Assembly: GCA_003280965.1 (NCBI GenBank) | Contig: QCDI01000002.1 | Location: 1-64,000 of the forward strand | Direction: 5' to 3' | Origin: Prochlorococcus sp. AG-355-B18 | Lineage (GTDB): Bacteria; Cyanobacteriota; Cyanobacteriia; PCC-6307; Cyanobiaceae | DNA length: 64,000 nt | Shown: in pieces, positions 53,622-64,000 of the stretch | Position numbering within the stretch: the first letter of the stretch is position 1 | Layout: each line of letters starts with the position of its first letter | Position numbers and translations under genes: made by a program | The notes under the pieces: model-generated | Told to the model about the DNA's origin: nothing | The model's database searches: none | Seen by the model: the letters and a program-made list of their open reading frames with translations, nothing else

Positions 53622-54794
53622 TTAAAGATTTACTTCTTCAGGAATTATTCCTAGTTCAAACAACTTTTTATATAAACCCATCAAAAATTTATTATCCTCA
53701 GGAAGTTTGTCCCACTTTTGGGAATTAATTTCATTAATTAATTTTTGACAATCTTCTATTGTAAATTTTATAGGTGCCGTAAAATGAGCTGGAATTAGAT
53801 ATTCCATATCTTCAAGAGACTTGATATTTTCTAACCATTTAAGTAAAACTTCTTTTGAACGCGGAAAAATTAATTTTTGTAAAACTGGTGCAATTTGAAT
53901 CTTAGGAGTATCTTTACCCATTATTTCAAAAAGAGAGGATTCCCAATCTTCGTCCCATAAAAAAGGATAAATACCGAAATGAGATCTCCAATTTCTAAGA
54001 TCTTTTTTGAATGAATACTTAAGTATTTTTTTTAAAGGGGGAATATTTAATTTACCTGGTTTCAAAAAAGATGAAAATAAGACTAATCTTTTCCATCCTT
54101 TTTTTCTTTGTTCGATTGAGTCAATCAAAGGTTCATCTCCTCTCTCTCTAGAATGAAAAAGAAGTGGAGTTGGATCAAAATTAAATATCTCAGGTGGTGT
54201 AGAGTCTATTCCAACTATTGCGTCAGTTACATGAAGAGTTTTCGTAGGATAATGGAAACAGCTTATCTCCTGATACCTTCCAAGTCCTAAATTCAGTGGG
54301 CCTAATGAAGACCATTTAAAGGAGTTTGCATGTGGAGTACCTTCCTCAAACAGTATTCTTGATCTTTTTGACGGAATTCCTAAAAAATCTAGTGGTAGGT
54401 TTATGGGGAAACTCCATTGTCCAGGACAAAGCCAAATTTCTGCATCTTTAAAAATTCTTGAAAGAGCTGGCAGTCCAATTTTATGTTCTAGTCCAGAGGC
54501 ACTCGGTAGAATTATTGTTTTTATTTTGCCGTGAATCGCAATTAATTTTTCCAACTCATTTATTAATTCTTTTGTCGGAGGCAGTGGATTCATCAGCATC
54601 AATCCATTATCAACCTTTATTACCGTCATTCTTATTGGAACTGCAACATAATAAAGTCCCTGTATTTGTTCCAAGGACCATATTTGATCAGGAATTAATT
54701 CTCTTAAAATTGTTTTCTTTTTTCCATAAGGATATAAGGGGAATAATGGCCACCAATTCCACTTTTTATTCAAAGTTTCTTCCACCACCATCAT
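53622..54794 (-). CDS. DUF4336 family protein
   Basis: WWPLFPLYPYG, VPIRMTVI, SGLEHK, IPAHF. Confidence 0.85.
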   Translation of the reverse strand: MMVVEETLNKKWNWWPLFPLYPYGKKKTILRELIPDQIWSLEQIQGLYYVAVPIRMTVIKVDNGLMLMNPLPPTKELINELEKLIAIHGKIKTIILPSASGLEHKIGLPALSRIFKDAEIWLCPGQWSFPINLPLDFLGIPSKRSRILFEEGTPHANSFKWSSLGPLNLGLGRYQEISCFHYPTKTLHVTDAIVGIDSTPPEIFNFDPTPLLFHSRERGDEPLIDSIEQRKKGWKRLVLFSSFLKPGKLNIPPLKKILKYSFKKDLRNWRSHFGIYPFLWDEDWESSLFEIMGKDTPKIQIAPVLQKLIFPRSKEVLLKWLENIKSLEDMEYLIPAHFTAPIKFTIEDCQKLINEINSQKWDKLPEDNKFLMGLYKKLFELGIIPEEVNL

Positions 54795-55663
54795 TTATAC
54801 CCGGCAAATAATTTCTTTAACTTAAATATTCCGTATCTTGGAGCGAATATAAAAGCAAATAAAAATATGAAAGTTTGTGCCAAGACAATTGATCCACCTG
54901 TTTCAAGATCAAACCAAAAACTAACATATATGCCTATTAGGCTTGAGATAATTGCACTTAATACTGAAATTAATGTCATATTATCAAACTTATCTGTAAG
55001 TAAATATGCTGTAGCCCCTGGTGTAATCAACATTGCCACTACCAAAATAATTCCAACAGACTGCAAGCCCACAACAGCTGCCAAAGATAAGCAAGTGAGG
55101 AGTAAATAATGAAGAAAAAATACGTTAATCCCAACTGTTTTTGCATGCCTAGGATCAAAACAATAAAGCATTAAATCTTTTCTAAAAATTAATAAAAGGA
55201 TTACTACCAATAAAGAAATTAATATAGTTTGTTTTACATCTGAAAGTGATATTCCTAATGGACTACCAAAAAGAATAGAGTGTAGATCAATATTACTTTT
55301 AATTTTAGAAACCAATACGATTCCAAGAGCGAAAAATCCAGTAAATACCAACCCAATAACAGTATCTTCTTTAACTCTAGATTTCTGCTTAATAAACCCT
55401 ATCAATGCTACAGAACCCACTCCGAAAATAAATGCCCCTAATGAGAAAGGAAGACCTAATGCATAAGCAACCACAACACCAGGCATTACTGAATGTGACA
55501 CTGCGTCTCCCATTAAAGCCCATCCTTTAAGAGTCAAATAACTTGATAGTAAACCACAAACAGCTGCAACTAATGAACTCATAAGAAGTGCTTTTCTCAT
55601 AAAGTCATGAGTTAAAGGATCTGTTATAAATGAATCTAAAGTTAAAAAAGAATAGAGCTCCAT
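54791..55663 (-). CDS. mntB: Mn/Zn/Fe ABC transporter permease
   Basis: GDAVSHSVMPG, multiple TM helices. Confidence 0.88.
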   Translation of the reverse strand: MELYSFLTLDSFITDPLTHDFMRKALLMSSLVAAVCGLLSSYLTLKGWALMGDAVSHSVMPGVVVAYALGLPFSLGAFIFGVGSVALIGFIKQKSRVKEDTVIGLVFTGFFALGIVLVSKIKSNIDLHSILFGSPLGISLSDVKQTILISLLVVILLLIFRKDLMLYCFDPRHAKTVGINVFFLHYLLLTCLSLAAVVGLQSVGIILVVAMLITPGATAYLLTDKFDNMTLISVLSAIISSLIGIYVSFWFDLETGGSIVLAQTFIFLFAFIFAPRYGIFKLKKLFAGYK

Positions 55664-55674
55664 ACAATTTAAAT

Positions 55675-56439
55675 TTAGGATTCAGGTCCAAACAAGAAAT
55701 CAGGTGAGATCCCTCCAAAAGTGGTTGTAATATTTTCAGGGGTAAACACTTCAGAGGTCTCGCCATAAGCTACAACAGTTTTATTTATTAAAAGGACCAA
55801 ATCACAAAATTCACGGACATGAATCATATCGTGCGTTGATAATAATATTGTTTTACCCTCATTTTTAAATTGAATAAATAATTCCGAGATAAGTTTCTCA
55901 GTTCTTATATCAACACCTGAAAAAGGCTCATCAAGAAGTAATATTGACGCTCTTTGCGCAATTGCTCTAGCTAAAAAAGTTCGTTTTCTCTGACCTCCAG
56001 ATAAGTTCCCAATAGGTGTAGATAAATGATCAGTAAGATCAACTCTCTCAATAGCATCTTTAACTGACTGAATATCAGACTCTCTAGGACACCTAAAAAT
56101 ATTCATCGAACCATATCTTCCCATCATCACTACATCCCAAACACTTATTGGAAATTGACTATCAATGCCTTCATTTTGAGGAACATAAGCAATTGTCTGA
56201 TCTTTTTGAGCAGATCTTACAGACTCTCCATTTATTCTAATTTTTCCCTTTGAAATATTTACAAAGCCAGTTAAAGCATTAAAAAATGTCGTTTTACCAG
56301 CCCCATTCATCCCTACTAACCCACAAATCTGGCCAGGTTTCAATCTTAAATTGGCATCATACAAAGCCACCTTACCGTTGTAATCTACGCAAATATTCTC
56401 TGCATCAATCCTAAAGTTTTGATAATTTATTGTTTCCAT
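55675..56439 (-). CDS. mntA: Mn/Zn/Fe ABC transporter ATPase
   Basis: GMNGAGKTT, LSGGQRKR, LLLDEPF. Confidence 0.88.
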   Translation of the reverse strand: METINYQNFRIDAENICVDYNGKVALYDANLRLKPGQICGLVGMNGAGKTTFFNALTGFVNISKGKIRINGESVRSAQKDQTIAYVPQNEGIDSQFPISVWDVVMMGRYGSMNIFRCPRESDIQSVKDAIERVDLTDHLSTPIGNLSGGQRKRTFLARAIAQRASILLLDEPFSGVDIRTEKLISELFIQFKNEGKTILLSTHDMIHVREFCDLVLLINKTVVAYGETSEVFTPENITTTFGGISPDFLFGPES

Positions 56440-56441
56440 AA

Positions 56442-57341
56442 TTAAAAAAGCCCTTTTTTAATCAAATTCAAATTATGCTCAAGCATATTTATATAGGAAT
56501 TAGCAGGCCCACTATCATCAGATAATGAATCAACAAATAGATTCCCTCCAAAATTAGCCCCAGTTTCTTTTGCCACAACCATTTGAGATTCGTTACTTAC
56601 AGTACTTTCACAAAATACAGATGGAACATTTTTTTCTTTAACTAGAGAGATTGTTCTTGTCATTCTTTTGGGAGTAATTTGACTCTCAGCATTAACTGGC
56701 CACAAATAAACTTCCTCTAATCCATAATCATTTGTTAAATATGAAAAAGCACCTTCACAACTTACTAGATACCTTCTGTCTTTATTTAAGTTATTAATAA
56801 AAAGTGAGAATTCTTTATCTATTTTAGAGAGTTTATCTTTATAAATTTTTCCATTTTCTTCAAATAATGTCCTTTTAGATGGCCTCAATTCTGATAAAGA
56901 ATCCACGAGAATATCTACGTATAGGATCCCTCTTTTTGGAGAAATCCAGGCATGAGGATTGGGTTTCCCTTTATAAAAATCTTCACTGATAAAAATAGGA
57001 TTTAAATCTTCTGCGACAGTAATTCTTTTAACTTTTAAATTAGAAACAAACTTTTCGGCCCATAATTCAAATCCAAATCCATTATCAATAAAAACAAAAG
57101 CACTAGAGGCATTTACCAAATCGCTTGGAGTTGGTTGGTAACCATGAACTTCAACTCCAGGTTTAGTTATTGATCTAACAATAAAATCATCTTTAGCAAT
57201 ATTGCTAATTATATCCGCCAAAACAGTGAAACTTGCCAGTATTACTTCTTTAGTTTCATTTTTATTTGATATTTTCTTACATGAAACTGAAGCAAGAGAA
57301 AGGAGAACTAAAAAACTTAAAAAAATAATATTTTTTCTCAT
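56442..57341 (-). CDS. mntC: Mn/Zn/Fe ABC transporter substrate-binding lipoprotein
   Basis: Lipobox-like SVSC, EVHGYQP, NPHAW, CEGAFSYL, VDSLS. Confidence 0.88.
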   Translation of the reverse strand: MRKNIIFLSFLVLLSLASVSCKKISNKNETKEVILASFTVLADIISNIAKDDFIVRSITKPGVEVHGYQPTPSDLVNASSAFVFIDNGFGFELWAEKFVSNLKVKRITVAEDLNPIFISEDFYKGKPNPHAWISPKRGILYVDILVDSLSELRPSKRTLFEENGKIYKDKLSKIDKEFSLFINNLNKDRRYLVSCEGAFSYLTNDYGLEEVYLWPVNAESQITPKRMTRTISLVKEKNVPSVFCESTVSNESQMVVAKETGANFGGNLFVDSLSDDSGPANSYINMLEHNLNLIKKGLF

Positions 57342-57364
57342 ATTTGAAATTTATCCTTTGATTA

Positions 57365-58696
57365 TTAACTAAAAGATAGTTTCATAAGTGGTTTTCTAAT
57401 ATCAGAAATAAATCCTTTCCAATTAATTTTTTCTTTTTCAAAAGCTTTTTCAACAATTTTCTCGGAATTTTTCTTTATAAAATCCAAATCAGGTTCTTCT
57501 ACTCCTTTTGTTATTGCCATAAAATCAGCCAAAGAACTCGATACTACTCTTGTTAAATAAGCAGCACTGACAGCCTGAAATGTTCCAGAGACAAGCCAAT
57601 TTGGGCCATGTAATTTTGTTATGCCAATTAGAGTCTGTCCACTCCATTCAATAACTCCCTGAGCAATTGCAGTCTTTAAAATCTCTTTAGATACTTTATC
57701 TAAAATTTCAGGAGACCAATTACATCCCCATATAGACTTAATTTCTTTAATCATTAATGAATTTAGTACTGTCATTGCCATAACATCAATTGATGGGATA
57801 GGAGATAAGAAAACAGTTGTTGCTACAAGAATTTGATTTTTTCTTTGTATAACTTTTAACTGCATTCTTCTTATTCCTTCAATTTCAGATTGCCAGGCAC
57901 CATGAAGTTCTTTCAAGAGCCTTTTTTTTGTATTTTCAATATTTTTAGATGAACTTATGAAAAATTTCCTCAACGAAAAAGGTATATTTGTTATTTCATT
58001 CTTATTCACATCAAAAGTAATAATTTTATTTATGAAGTCAATTGAAATTTGAGACTTTAGGTCTTCTATCTGATTTTTGGCTTCTATTTCGTTGGAAGTT
58101 AAAGCCACCAACCAGATTGGCATACTTTTAGGAAACTTTTCAAGCCACAAAAAATCATTTGCCGATAAAGGCAAGTTGATAAAATACAAGATTGCATCAC
58201 TCTTCAAAGCTTCTTCTGGAATAACTTGAGAAGTATTGTATTTAGGCAGTTTTTCGTATAAATCAAAGTCAAACTTATCTGCTTTAAAGTGACTTTTCAA
58301 AACAGAATGACAACTTTGATAATCTTTTTGTCCAATGCAACTTATATTCTCTTTTTCACATCTATTAAGAATCGATTCAAGTATTTTTTGTCTTTTTGAA
58401 TTCTGTTTCTCCAGTTCATTTGTTGCTTCAAGTTCTTCAAAAAAATTTAAATCTTCATTACATAGATTTATCCAACCATCTAAATTATTTGGCTCATTAA
58501 ATTTAGGTTTATCATTCTTCAAATAAAAATATCCCCCCAAACACAACGCAAAAAATCCTATTGAGCCTCCTGCAAAATGAATTAAGTCACTGACAAACCA
58601 TTCCCCAAAGCCTAATAACAATAAAATAATAAGAAGATTTTTTTTTGGAAACTTTATGAAATCCTTTAAAAGGTTGTCTTTACTAATATCAAACAC
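57365..58696 (-). CDS. DUF697/YcjF-like membrane protein
   Basis: SPIPSIDV, QAVSAAYLTRVV. Confidence 0.8.
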   Translation of the reverse strand: MFDISKDNLLKDFIKFPKKNLLIILLLLGFGEWFVSDLIHFAGGSIGFFALCLGGYFYLKNDKPKFNEPNNLDGWINLCNEDLNFFEELEATNELEKQNSKRQKILESILNRCEKENISCIGQKDYQSCHSVLKSHFKADKFDFDLYEKLPKYNTSQVIPEEALKSDAILYFINLPLSANDFLWLEKFPKSMPIWLVALTSNEIEAKNQIEDLKSQISIDFINKIITFDVNKNEITNIPFSLRKFFISSSKNIENTKKRLLKELHGAWQSEIEGIRRMQLKVIQRKNQILVATTVFLSPIPSIDVMAMTVLNSLMIKEIKSIWGCNWSPEILDKVSKEILKTAIAQGVIEWSGQTLIGITKLHGPNWLVSGTFQAVSAAYLTRVVSSSLADFMAITKGVEEPDLDFIKKNSEKIVEKAFEKEKINWKGFISDIRKPLMKLSFS

Positions 58697-58863
58697 AATA
58701 CTTTATTTCTCTCTAATTTTATTTTAATGCAAGTTGTGTATGAGAAAAGCAAAATTTCAAAAGACGTTAATCAAAAGATAAAAATTTAAGGTTTTCAAAA
58801 AGACTTATTGCATTACAAGATGCTAAGTTAATAGACTGTTTAAATAATTTAAAAAACATTAAG

Positions 58864-59283
58864 ATGTCTAATTCAAATTTCAGCAATAATCCTGGACAAG
58901 AAAATTATAGAGGTCGTTCTAACAATGAAAGATCTAATTTCAGAGATAGATCCGGCGGCAGAAGAGATGGAGGAGGATTCCGCATAAGATTGAGTGATAA
59001 CGAAATGAAAGCTGTTAAATCAATACAAGAGACCTTTCAATTGAGATCTACCGTTGCAGTTCTGGGTTTTTCTGTTAGAACACTTAGCGAAATGATCAAA
59101 GACGAAAAATTGATTGAATCAATCACAGAATATGCAAAAAATAATAAAAACTCTTCTCCAAATAGACAATCTCAAAATCCTTATGAAGAAAAGAAAACAG
59201 CTCCTGACCCTTTTGCAAGGCCTATAAAAAGTACATCAATTGAAGAAATCCAATCTAGCGAAGTAGAAGAGGATGGTAAATAA
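58864..59283 (+). CDS. Hypothetical protein
   Basis: GGFRIRLSDNEMKA...LRSTVAVLGF; overlaps the trpS start. Confidence 0.8.
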   Translation: MSNSNFSNNPGQENYRGRSNNERSNFRDRSGGRRDGGGFRIRLSDNEMKAVKSIQETFQLRSTVAVLGFSVRTLSEMIKDEKLIESITEYAKNNKNSSPNRQSQNPYEEKKTAPDPFARPIKSTSIEEIQSSEVEEDGK

Positions 59284-60289
59284 AAAAAGAATTCTTTCCG
59301 GAGTTCAACCAACTGGTGATTTACATATTGGGAATTGGCTTGGGGCGATAAATAATTGGGTTACGCTTCAAGATCAGTATGAAACATTTCTATGTGTAGT
59401 TGATTTGCATGCAATCACAGCTTCATATAATCCCAAAGAATTATCTCAGAACACTATCTCTACTGCGGCTTTGTACGTCGCTTGTGGGATAGATCCCAAT
59501 ATATGCTCAATTTTTGTCCAAAGTCAGATTTCTGCACATTCAGAACTTTGTTGGATACTAAATTGCATGACTCCTATAAATTGGATGGAAAGAATGATTC
59601 AATTCAAGGAAAAATCCATACAACAGGGAAATAATGTATCCATTGGATTATTTGACTATCCGATCCTAATGGCTGCAGACATTCTTCTATATGACGCCGA
59701 CTTTGTACCAGTAGGTGAGGATCAAAAACAACATCTTGAACTTGCCAGAGATATTGCACAACAAAGAATTAATACGAGATTTAGTAAGGATAAAAATATT
59801 TTAAAGATCCCTCAACCAATTATCATGAAAAATGGCTCAAAAATAATGAGTTTGATTGATGGTTCAAAAAAAATGAGTAAAAGTGATCCGAACGAAGGCA
59901 GTAGGATTAATTTGTTAGATACTCCTGAAATAATCACTAAGAAAATAAAGAGAGCAAAAAGTGACAGTTATATTGGAATAGAATTTAATAATCCTGAAAG
60001 AGCGGAATCTAAAAATCTTATTATGATTTATTCAATATTATCTGGCAAAGAAATTTCTCAATGCGAAAATGAATTCTCCGAGACTGGATGGGGGACATTT
60101 AAAAAATTAATTACGGAACAACTCATAGAATCTTTAGAACCTATTCAGGAAAAATATAAAGTCTTAATTAATGATCCCTATCAATTAAATAAAATCCTTC
60201 TTGAAGGGAAGGAAAAAGCTGAAAATTTAGCAAATCAAACTCTAAAAAGAGTTAAATCTAAACTTGGATTTTTTGAAATAGAGAAATAA
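59273..60289 (+). CDS. trpS: Tryptophan--tRNA ligase
   Basis: SGVQPTGDLHIGN, VPVGEDQKQH, KMSKS. Confidence 0.98.
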   Translation: MVNKKRILSGVQPTGDLHIGNWLGAINNWVTLQDQYETFLCVVDLHAITASYNPKELSQNTISTAALYVACGIDPNICSIFVQSQISAHSELCWILNCMTPINWMERMIQFKEKSIQQGNNVSIGLFDYPILMAADILLYDADFVPVGEDQKQHLELARDIAQQRINTRFSKDKNILKIPQPIIMKNGSKIMSLIDGSKKMSKSDPNEGSRINLLDTPEIITKKIKRAKSDSYIGIEFNNPERAESKNLIMIYSILSGKEISQCENEFSETGWGTFKKLITEQLIESLEPIQEKYKVLINDPYQLNKILLEGKEKAENLANQTLKRVKSKLGFFEIEK

Positions 60290-60292
60290 ATT

Positions 60293-62209
60293 ATGCCAGT
60301 AGTTACATTACCGGATGGTTCAAAAAAGGTTTTCGAAAAATCTGTGACGGTTCTAGAAATTGCTCAGAGTATTGGTGCAGGATTAGCCAAAGCAACAATT
60401 GCTGGAAAAGTAAATGATGTTCTACTTGATGCAACTCTTCCTATCGAAAAGGATGCTGAAGTTGTAATAATCACGTCAAAAGACAAAGAGGGAGTTGAGA
60501 TAATTAGACATTCTTTTGCACATCTTATTGGTCATGCAGTTAAACAAATTTACCCAAATATAAAAATGGCCATAGGTCCCGTAATTGAAGATGGATTTTA
60601 CTACGATATTTTTTCAGAATATAGATTTACTCCTGATGACTTAAATAAAATTGAAGAACGAATTAATAAATTAATAAAAACAAATTATGATGTTGAGATT
60701 TTGCAAGTTTCTAAAAAAGAAGCTATAAAAACTTTTCAAGAAAGAGATGAAACTTTTAAATTAAGAATTATTGAAGAGATTGAGGATAAAGGGCTCATAA
60801 ATTTGTATAAGCATGAAGAATACATTGATATGTGTAGAGGTCCTCACGTTCCAAACACAAGACATCTTAGACACTTTAAATTACTTAAATTATCAGGTTC
60901 ATATTGGAGAGGTAATAGTGAGAATGAATCATTACAGAGAATATATGGTACTGCATGGGCAAAAGAAAAAGAACTTAATGACTACTTAAAAAGAATTGAA
61001 GAAGCGGAAAAAAGAGATCATAGAAAACTTGGTAAAAAACATTCACTATTTCATATACAAGAAGAATCTCCAGGAATGATTTTTTGGCATCCAAATGGAT
61101 GGACAATCTACCAAGTACTAGAAAAGTACATTAGAGAAATACTCAAAAAAAATGATTATTTAGAAATTAAAACCCCACAAGCTGTTGATAAATCTCTTTG
61201 GGAAAAATCTGGTCATTGGGAAAAATTTAGAGACGATATGTTCACTACTGCATCAGAAAATCGAACTTATGCAATAAAACCAATGAATTGCCCATGCCAT
61301 ATTCAAGTATTTAATCAAGGTTTAAAAAGTTATAAGGATTTACCTATTCGTCTTGCTGAATTTGGTTCTTGTCACAGAAATGAGCCCTCTGGCGCACTAC
61401 ACGGCTTAATGAGGGTAAGAAACTTTACTCAAGATGATGCACACATATTCTGCACAGAAGAGCAAATTCAAGAAGAGGTATCTACTTTTATAGATCTTGT
61501 TTTCGAGGTTTATAAAACCTTTGGTTTTGATCAAATCATTATCAAATTATCAACTCGTCCTGAAAAAAGGGTAGGCAGTGAAGAGATTTGGGATAAATCA
61601 GAAGAGGCTCTTACTAAAGCTCTCGATAATAAGAATCTAAAATGGGAACTACAACCAGGTGAAGGTGCTTTTTATGGTCCAAAAATAGAATTCTCGTTAA
61701 AAGATTGTCTTAATAGAGTCTGGCAATGCGGGACTATTCAGGTTGATTTCTCTATGCCTATTAGATTGGATGCAACTTTTGTAGATATTGAAAATGAAAA
61801 AAGAAATCCAGTTATGCTTCATAGAGCAATTTTAGGATCCTTTGAAAGATTTATCGGAATCTTGATTGAACAATATGAGGCAAAATTCCCAATTTGGCTT
61901 GCGCCTTATCAAATAATTTTATTGAGCATTACCGATAGAAATATTGAAAAGTGTTTAAAGTTTAATGAATTAATAAACAATAATGGTTACCGATCAAAAG
62001 TGGATATTAGGAATGAAAAAATAGGATATAAAATTAGAGAGGCAACTCTCGGGAGAGTTCCTTTAATTGCAGTTATTGGAGATAAAGAAGAGGAAATTGA
62101 TTCAGTAGCTCTAAGAGCTTTAGATGGAACAAATTTAGGAATTTTCAATTTACCTAATCTTTATAAATTAATGGATGAATTAATAGAAAAAAAAGGGAGG
62201 ACAGAATAA
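60293..62209 (+). CDS. thrS: Threonine--tRNA ligase
   Basis: TGS N-terminus, [26 protein letters not shown]. Confidence 0.98.
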   Translation: MPVVTLPDGSKKVFEKSVTVLEIAQSIGAGLAKATIAGKVNDVLLDATLPIEKDAEVVIITSKDKEGVEIIRHSFAHLIGHAVKQIYPNIKMAIGPVIEDGFYYDIFSEYRFTPDDLNKIEERINKLIKTNYDVEILQVSKKEAIKTFQERDETFKLRIIEEIEDKGLINLYKHEEYIDMCRGPHVPNTRHLRHFKLLKLSGSYWRGNSENESLQRIYGTAWAKEKELNDYLKRIEEAEKRDHRKLGKKHSLFHIQEESPGMIFWHPNGWTIYQVLEKYIREILKKNDYLEIKTPQAVDKSLWEKSGHWEKFRDDMFTTASENRTYAIKPMNCPCHIQVFNQGLKSYKDLPIRLAEFGSCHRNEPSGALHGLMRVRNFTQDDAHIFCTEEQIQEEVSTFIDLVFEVYKTFGFDQIIIKLSTRPEKRVGSEEIWDKSEEALTKALDNKNLKWELQPGEGAFYGPKIEFSLKDCLNRVWQCGTIQVDFSMPIRLDATFVDIENEKRNPVMLHRAILGSFERFIGILIEQYEAKFPIWLAPYQIILLSITDRNIEKCLKFNELINNNGYRSKVDIRNEKIGYKIREATLGRVPLIAVIGDKEEEIDSVALRALDGTNLGIFNLPNLYKLMDELIEKKGRTE

Positions 62210-62219
62210 TTTCAAATAG

Positions 62220-63254
62220 ATGAATTTTCTAGCTTGTGATTTAGGAGGTACTAAGGTTCTTTTAGGAATATTTAAAAAAGATATAAATGATGATTCGCCT
62301 AAATTAATATTCAAAAAAAAATATTTATCTTCTAATTGGGAATCTTTTGAACTAATCCTAGAGGATTTTCTCAAAAATCAATGCAAAAATATTGATCATC
62401 CTTCTTCAGCATGCTTTGCAGTAGCTGGTCCTTTATCTAATAACCAAGCAAAAATAATTAACTTATCATGGAACATTTCTGGAAATGCCTTACAGAACAA
62501 ATTTAATTTAAAAAGCTGCGAGCTAATAAATGATTTCGCAGTACAAATTTATGGAATACCTTATTTAAAAAATAATCAATATTCTATTATCCAAAATGGA
62601 TCTCATTTTGAAGGCGCAAACAATGATTTGCATGCCATTGTTGGAGCGGGGACTGGGTTAGGAATTGCAAGAGGAATAATTTCAGGAAATAAGGTTAAAG
62701 TTTTAGCTAGTGAAGGTGGTCACGTTGAATACTCCCCAAAGTCAAACCTAGAGTGGGAATTAAAGATTTGGCTTAAGAATTACTTAAAAATTGAGAGGAT
62801 ATCTTGTGAAAGAATTGTTAGCGGCTCTGGTTTATCAAGAATTGCCGAATGGAGACTAAGCAAGCCTGATGCCCAAAACCATCCTCTACAAAAATATTTA
62901 AAAGAAATGAAAATTTCTGATTCTGCAAGAAAAGAACTCCCTGAAAAAATTTGTAAACTTTCTAAAGAAGGGGATCAGCTAATGATTGAAGTTGAGAGGA
63001 TTTGGTTAGGCACTTATGCATCTTTATTAGGAGACGTTGCTCTTCAAGAATTATGCTTTGGCGGGTTGTGGATTTCTGGCGGGACCGCACCAAAACATTT
63101 CAAAAACTTTAAATCAGATTTATTTATGAAACAATTTTTCGACAAGGGGAGATTAAAAGATATTCTTAAAACAATACCTGTGAAAGTAATTTTAGATGAA
63201 GAGTTTGGACTTTTTAGTGCAGCCTGCAGAGCAAAAATGCTTTTGAAAACTTAG
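62220..63254 (+). CDS. glk: Glucokinase
   Basis: DLGGTK, LINDF, GAGTGLG, SEGGH. Confidence 0.95.
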   Translation: MNFLACDLGGTKVLLGIFKKDINDDSPKLIFKKKYLSSNWESFELILEDFLKNQCKNIDHPSSACFAVAGPLSNNQAKIINLSWNISGNALQNKFNLKSCELINDFAVQIYGIPYLKNNQYSIIQNGSHFEGANNDLHAIVGAGTGLGIARGIISGNKVKVLASEGGHVEYSPKSNLEWELKIWLKNYLKIERISCERIVSGSGLSRIAEWRLSKPDAQNHPLQKYLKEMKISDSARKELPEKICKLSKEGDQLMIEVERIWLGTYASLLGDVALQELCFGGLWISGGTAPKHFKNFKSDLFMKQFFDKGRLKDILKTIPVKVILDEEFGLFSAACRAKMLLKT

Positions 63255-63260
63255 TAAAAA

Positions 63261-64000
63261 ATGTCTATTCCTGAAGTAGGTAAAAAAATAAGGGTTAAAG
63301 TACCTTCCACAACTGCCAATTTAGGGCCTGGGTTTGACTGCCTTGGTGCAGCATTAGATCTATATAATGAATTTATTTTCACAAGAATCGAAGGCGATGG
63401 AGATAGATTTGATTTAATAATGGAAAGTACAGATGGGAATCATTTAAGAGGCGGACCTGAAAATCTTGTTTTTAGAGCTGCTCAGAAAGTATGGGAGAGT
63501 GCAAATATGACTTCTTTTGCTCTTGAAGCAAGAGTTAAACTCGCTGTGCCTCCTGCTCGAGGACTTGGGAGCAGTGCTACAGCAATAGTTGCTGGACTAA
63601 TCGGAGCAAATGCAATAATGGACTCCCCCCTGTCTAAAGAAAAACTCCTCGAACTTGCCATCGATATTGAAGGTCATCCTGATAATGTAGTTCCCTCTCT
63701 GCTGGGGGGGCTTTGTTTGACCGCCCGGACATCTTCTCAAAGGTGGAGAATCATAAAATGTGATTGGCACGATTCCATTAAAGCTGTTGTTGCTATTCCT
63801 GCTATTCGATTAAGCACCAGCGAAGCTAGGAAAGTAATGCCGAAGAATGTACCGATATCTGATGCAGTAACAAATATGGGGGCGCTTACTTTATTACTTA
63901 ATGGGTTAAAAACAGGAAATGAGGAATTAATAAAAGAGGGAATGTTTGATAAGTTACATGAACCTTACCGATGGAAACTTGTTAAAGGAGGAATGGAAGT
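63261..64000 (+). CDS. thrB: Homoserine kinase (partial, runs off the window)
   Basis: ATG at 63261; VKVPSTTANLGPGFDCLGAAL, PPARGLGSSATA, EGHPDNV. Confidence 0.95.
   Translation, partial: MSIPEVGKKIRVKVPSTTANLGPGFDCLGAALDLYNEFIFTRIEGDGDRFDLIMESTDGNHLRGGPENLVFRAAQKVWESANMTSFALEARVKLAVPPARGLGSSATAIVAGLIGANAIMDSPLSKEKLLELAIDIEGHPDNVVPSLLGGLCLTARTSSQRWRIIKCDWHDSIKAVVAIPAIRLSTSEARKVMPKNVPISDAVTNMGALTLLLNGLKTGNEELIKEGMFDKLHEPYRWKLVKGGME

Overview
AT-rich window that looks like a high-light Prochlorococcus chromosome, judged from a single pcb antenna gene, a crtL cyclase, the compact gene order and an E. coli-like thrS. About 5.1-64 kb is mostly core genome: gloA, cbiX, metA/metY, stpA, fur, pcb, hisS, acs, murI, aroA, glmU, murF, glgA, menB/D, a Mn ABC transporter, trpS, thrS, glk and thrB. 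The first ~5 kb is the edge of a genomic island abutting tRNA-Ser(TGA). It holds a tyrosine recombinase (3562-4752) with a tandem arm-site-like repeat upstream, followed immediately by an array of small single-gene units. A ~35-bp repeat lies just 5' of the start codon of four of these genes, in the gene's own orientation (621-655, 1069-1103, 3078-3112, 3521-3555), with a degenerate half copy before a fifth (2663-2690). A second motif, AATAAATGAAACGCTTACTACT (encoding an 'MKRLLL' stub), follows the stop codon of two of them exactly and a third in degenerate form. This integron/shufflon-like cassette architecture is the main candidate novel system; the repeats are seen directly, their function is inferred. 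Family names come from recalled motifs, not database searches.
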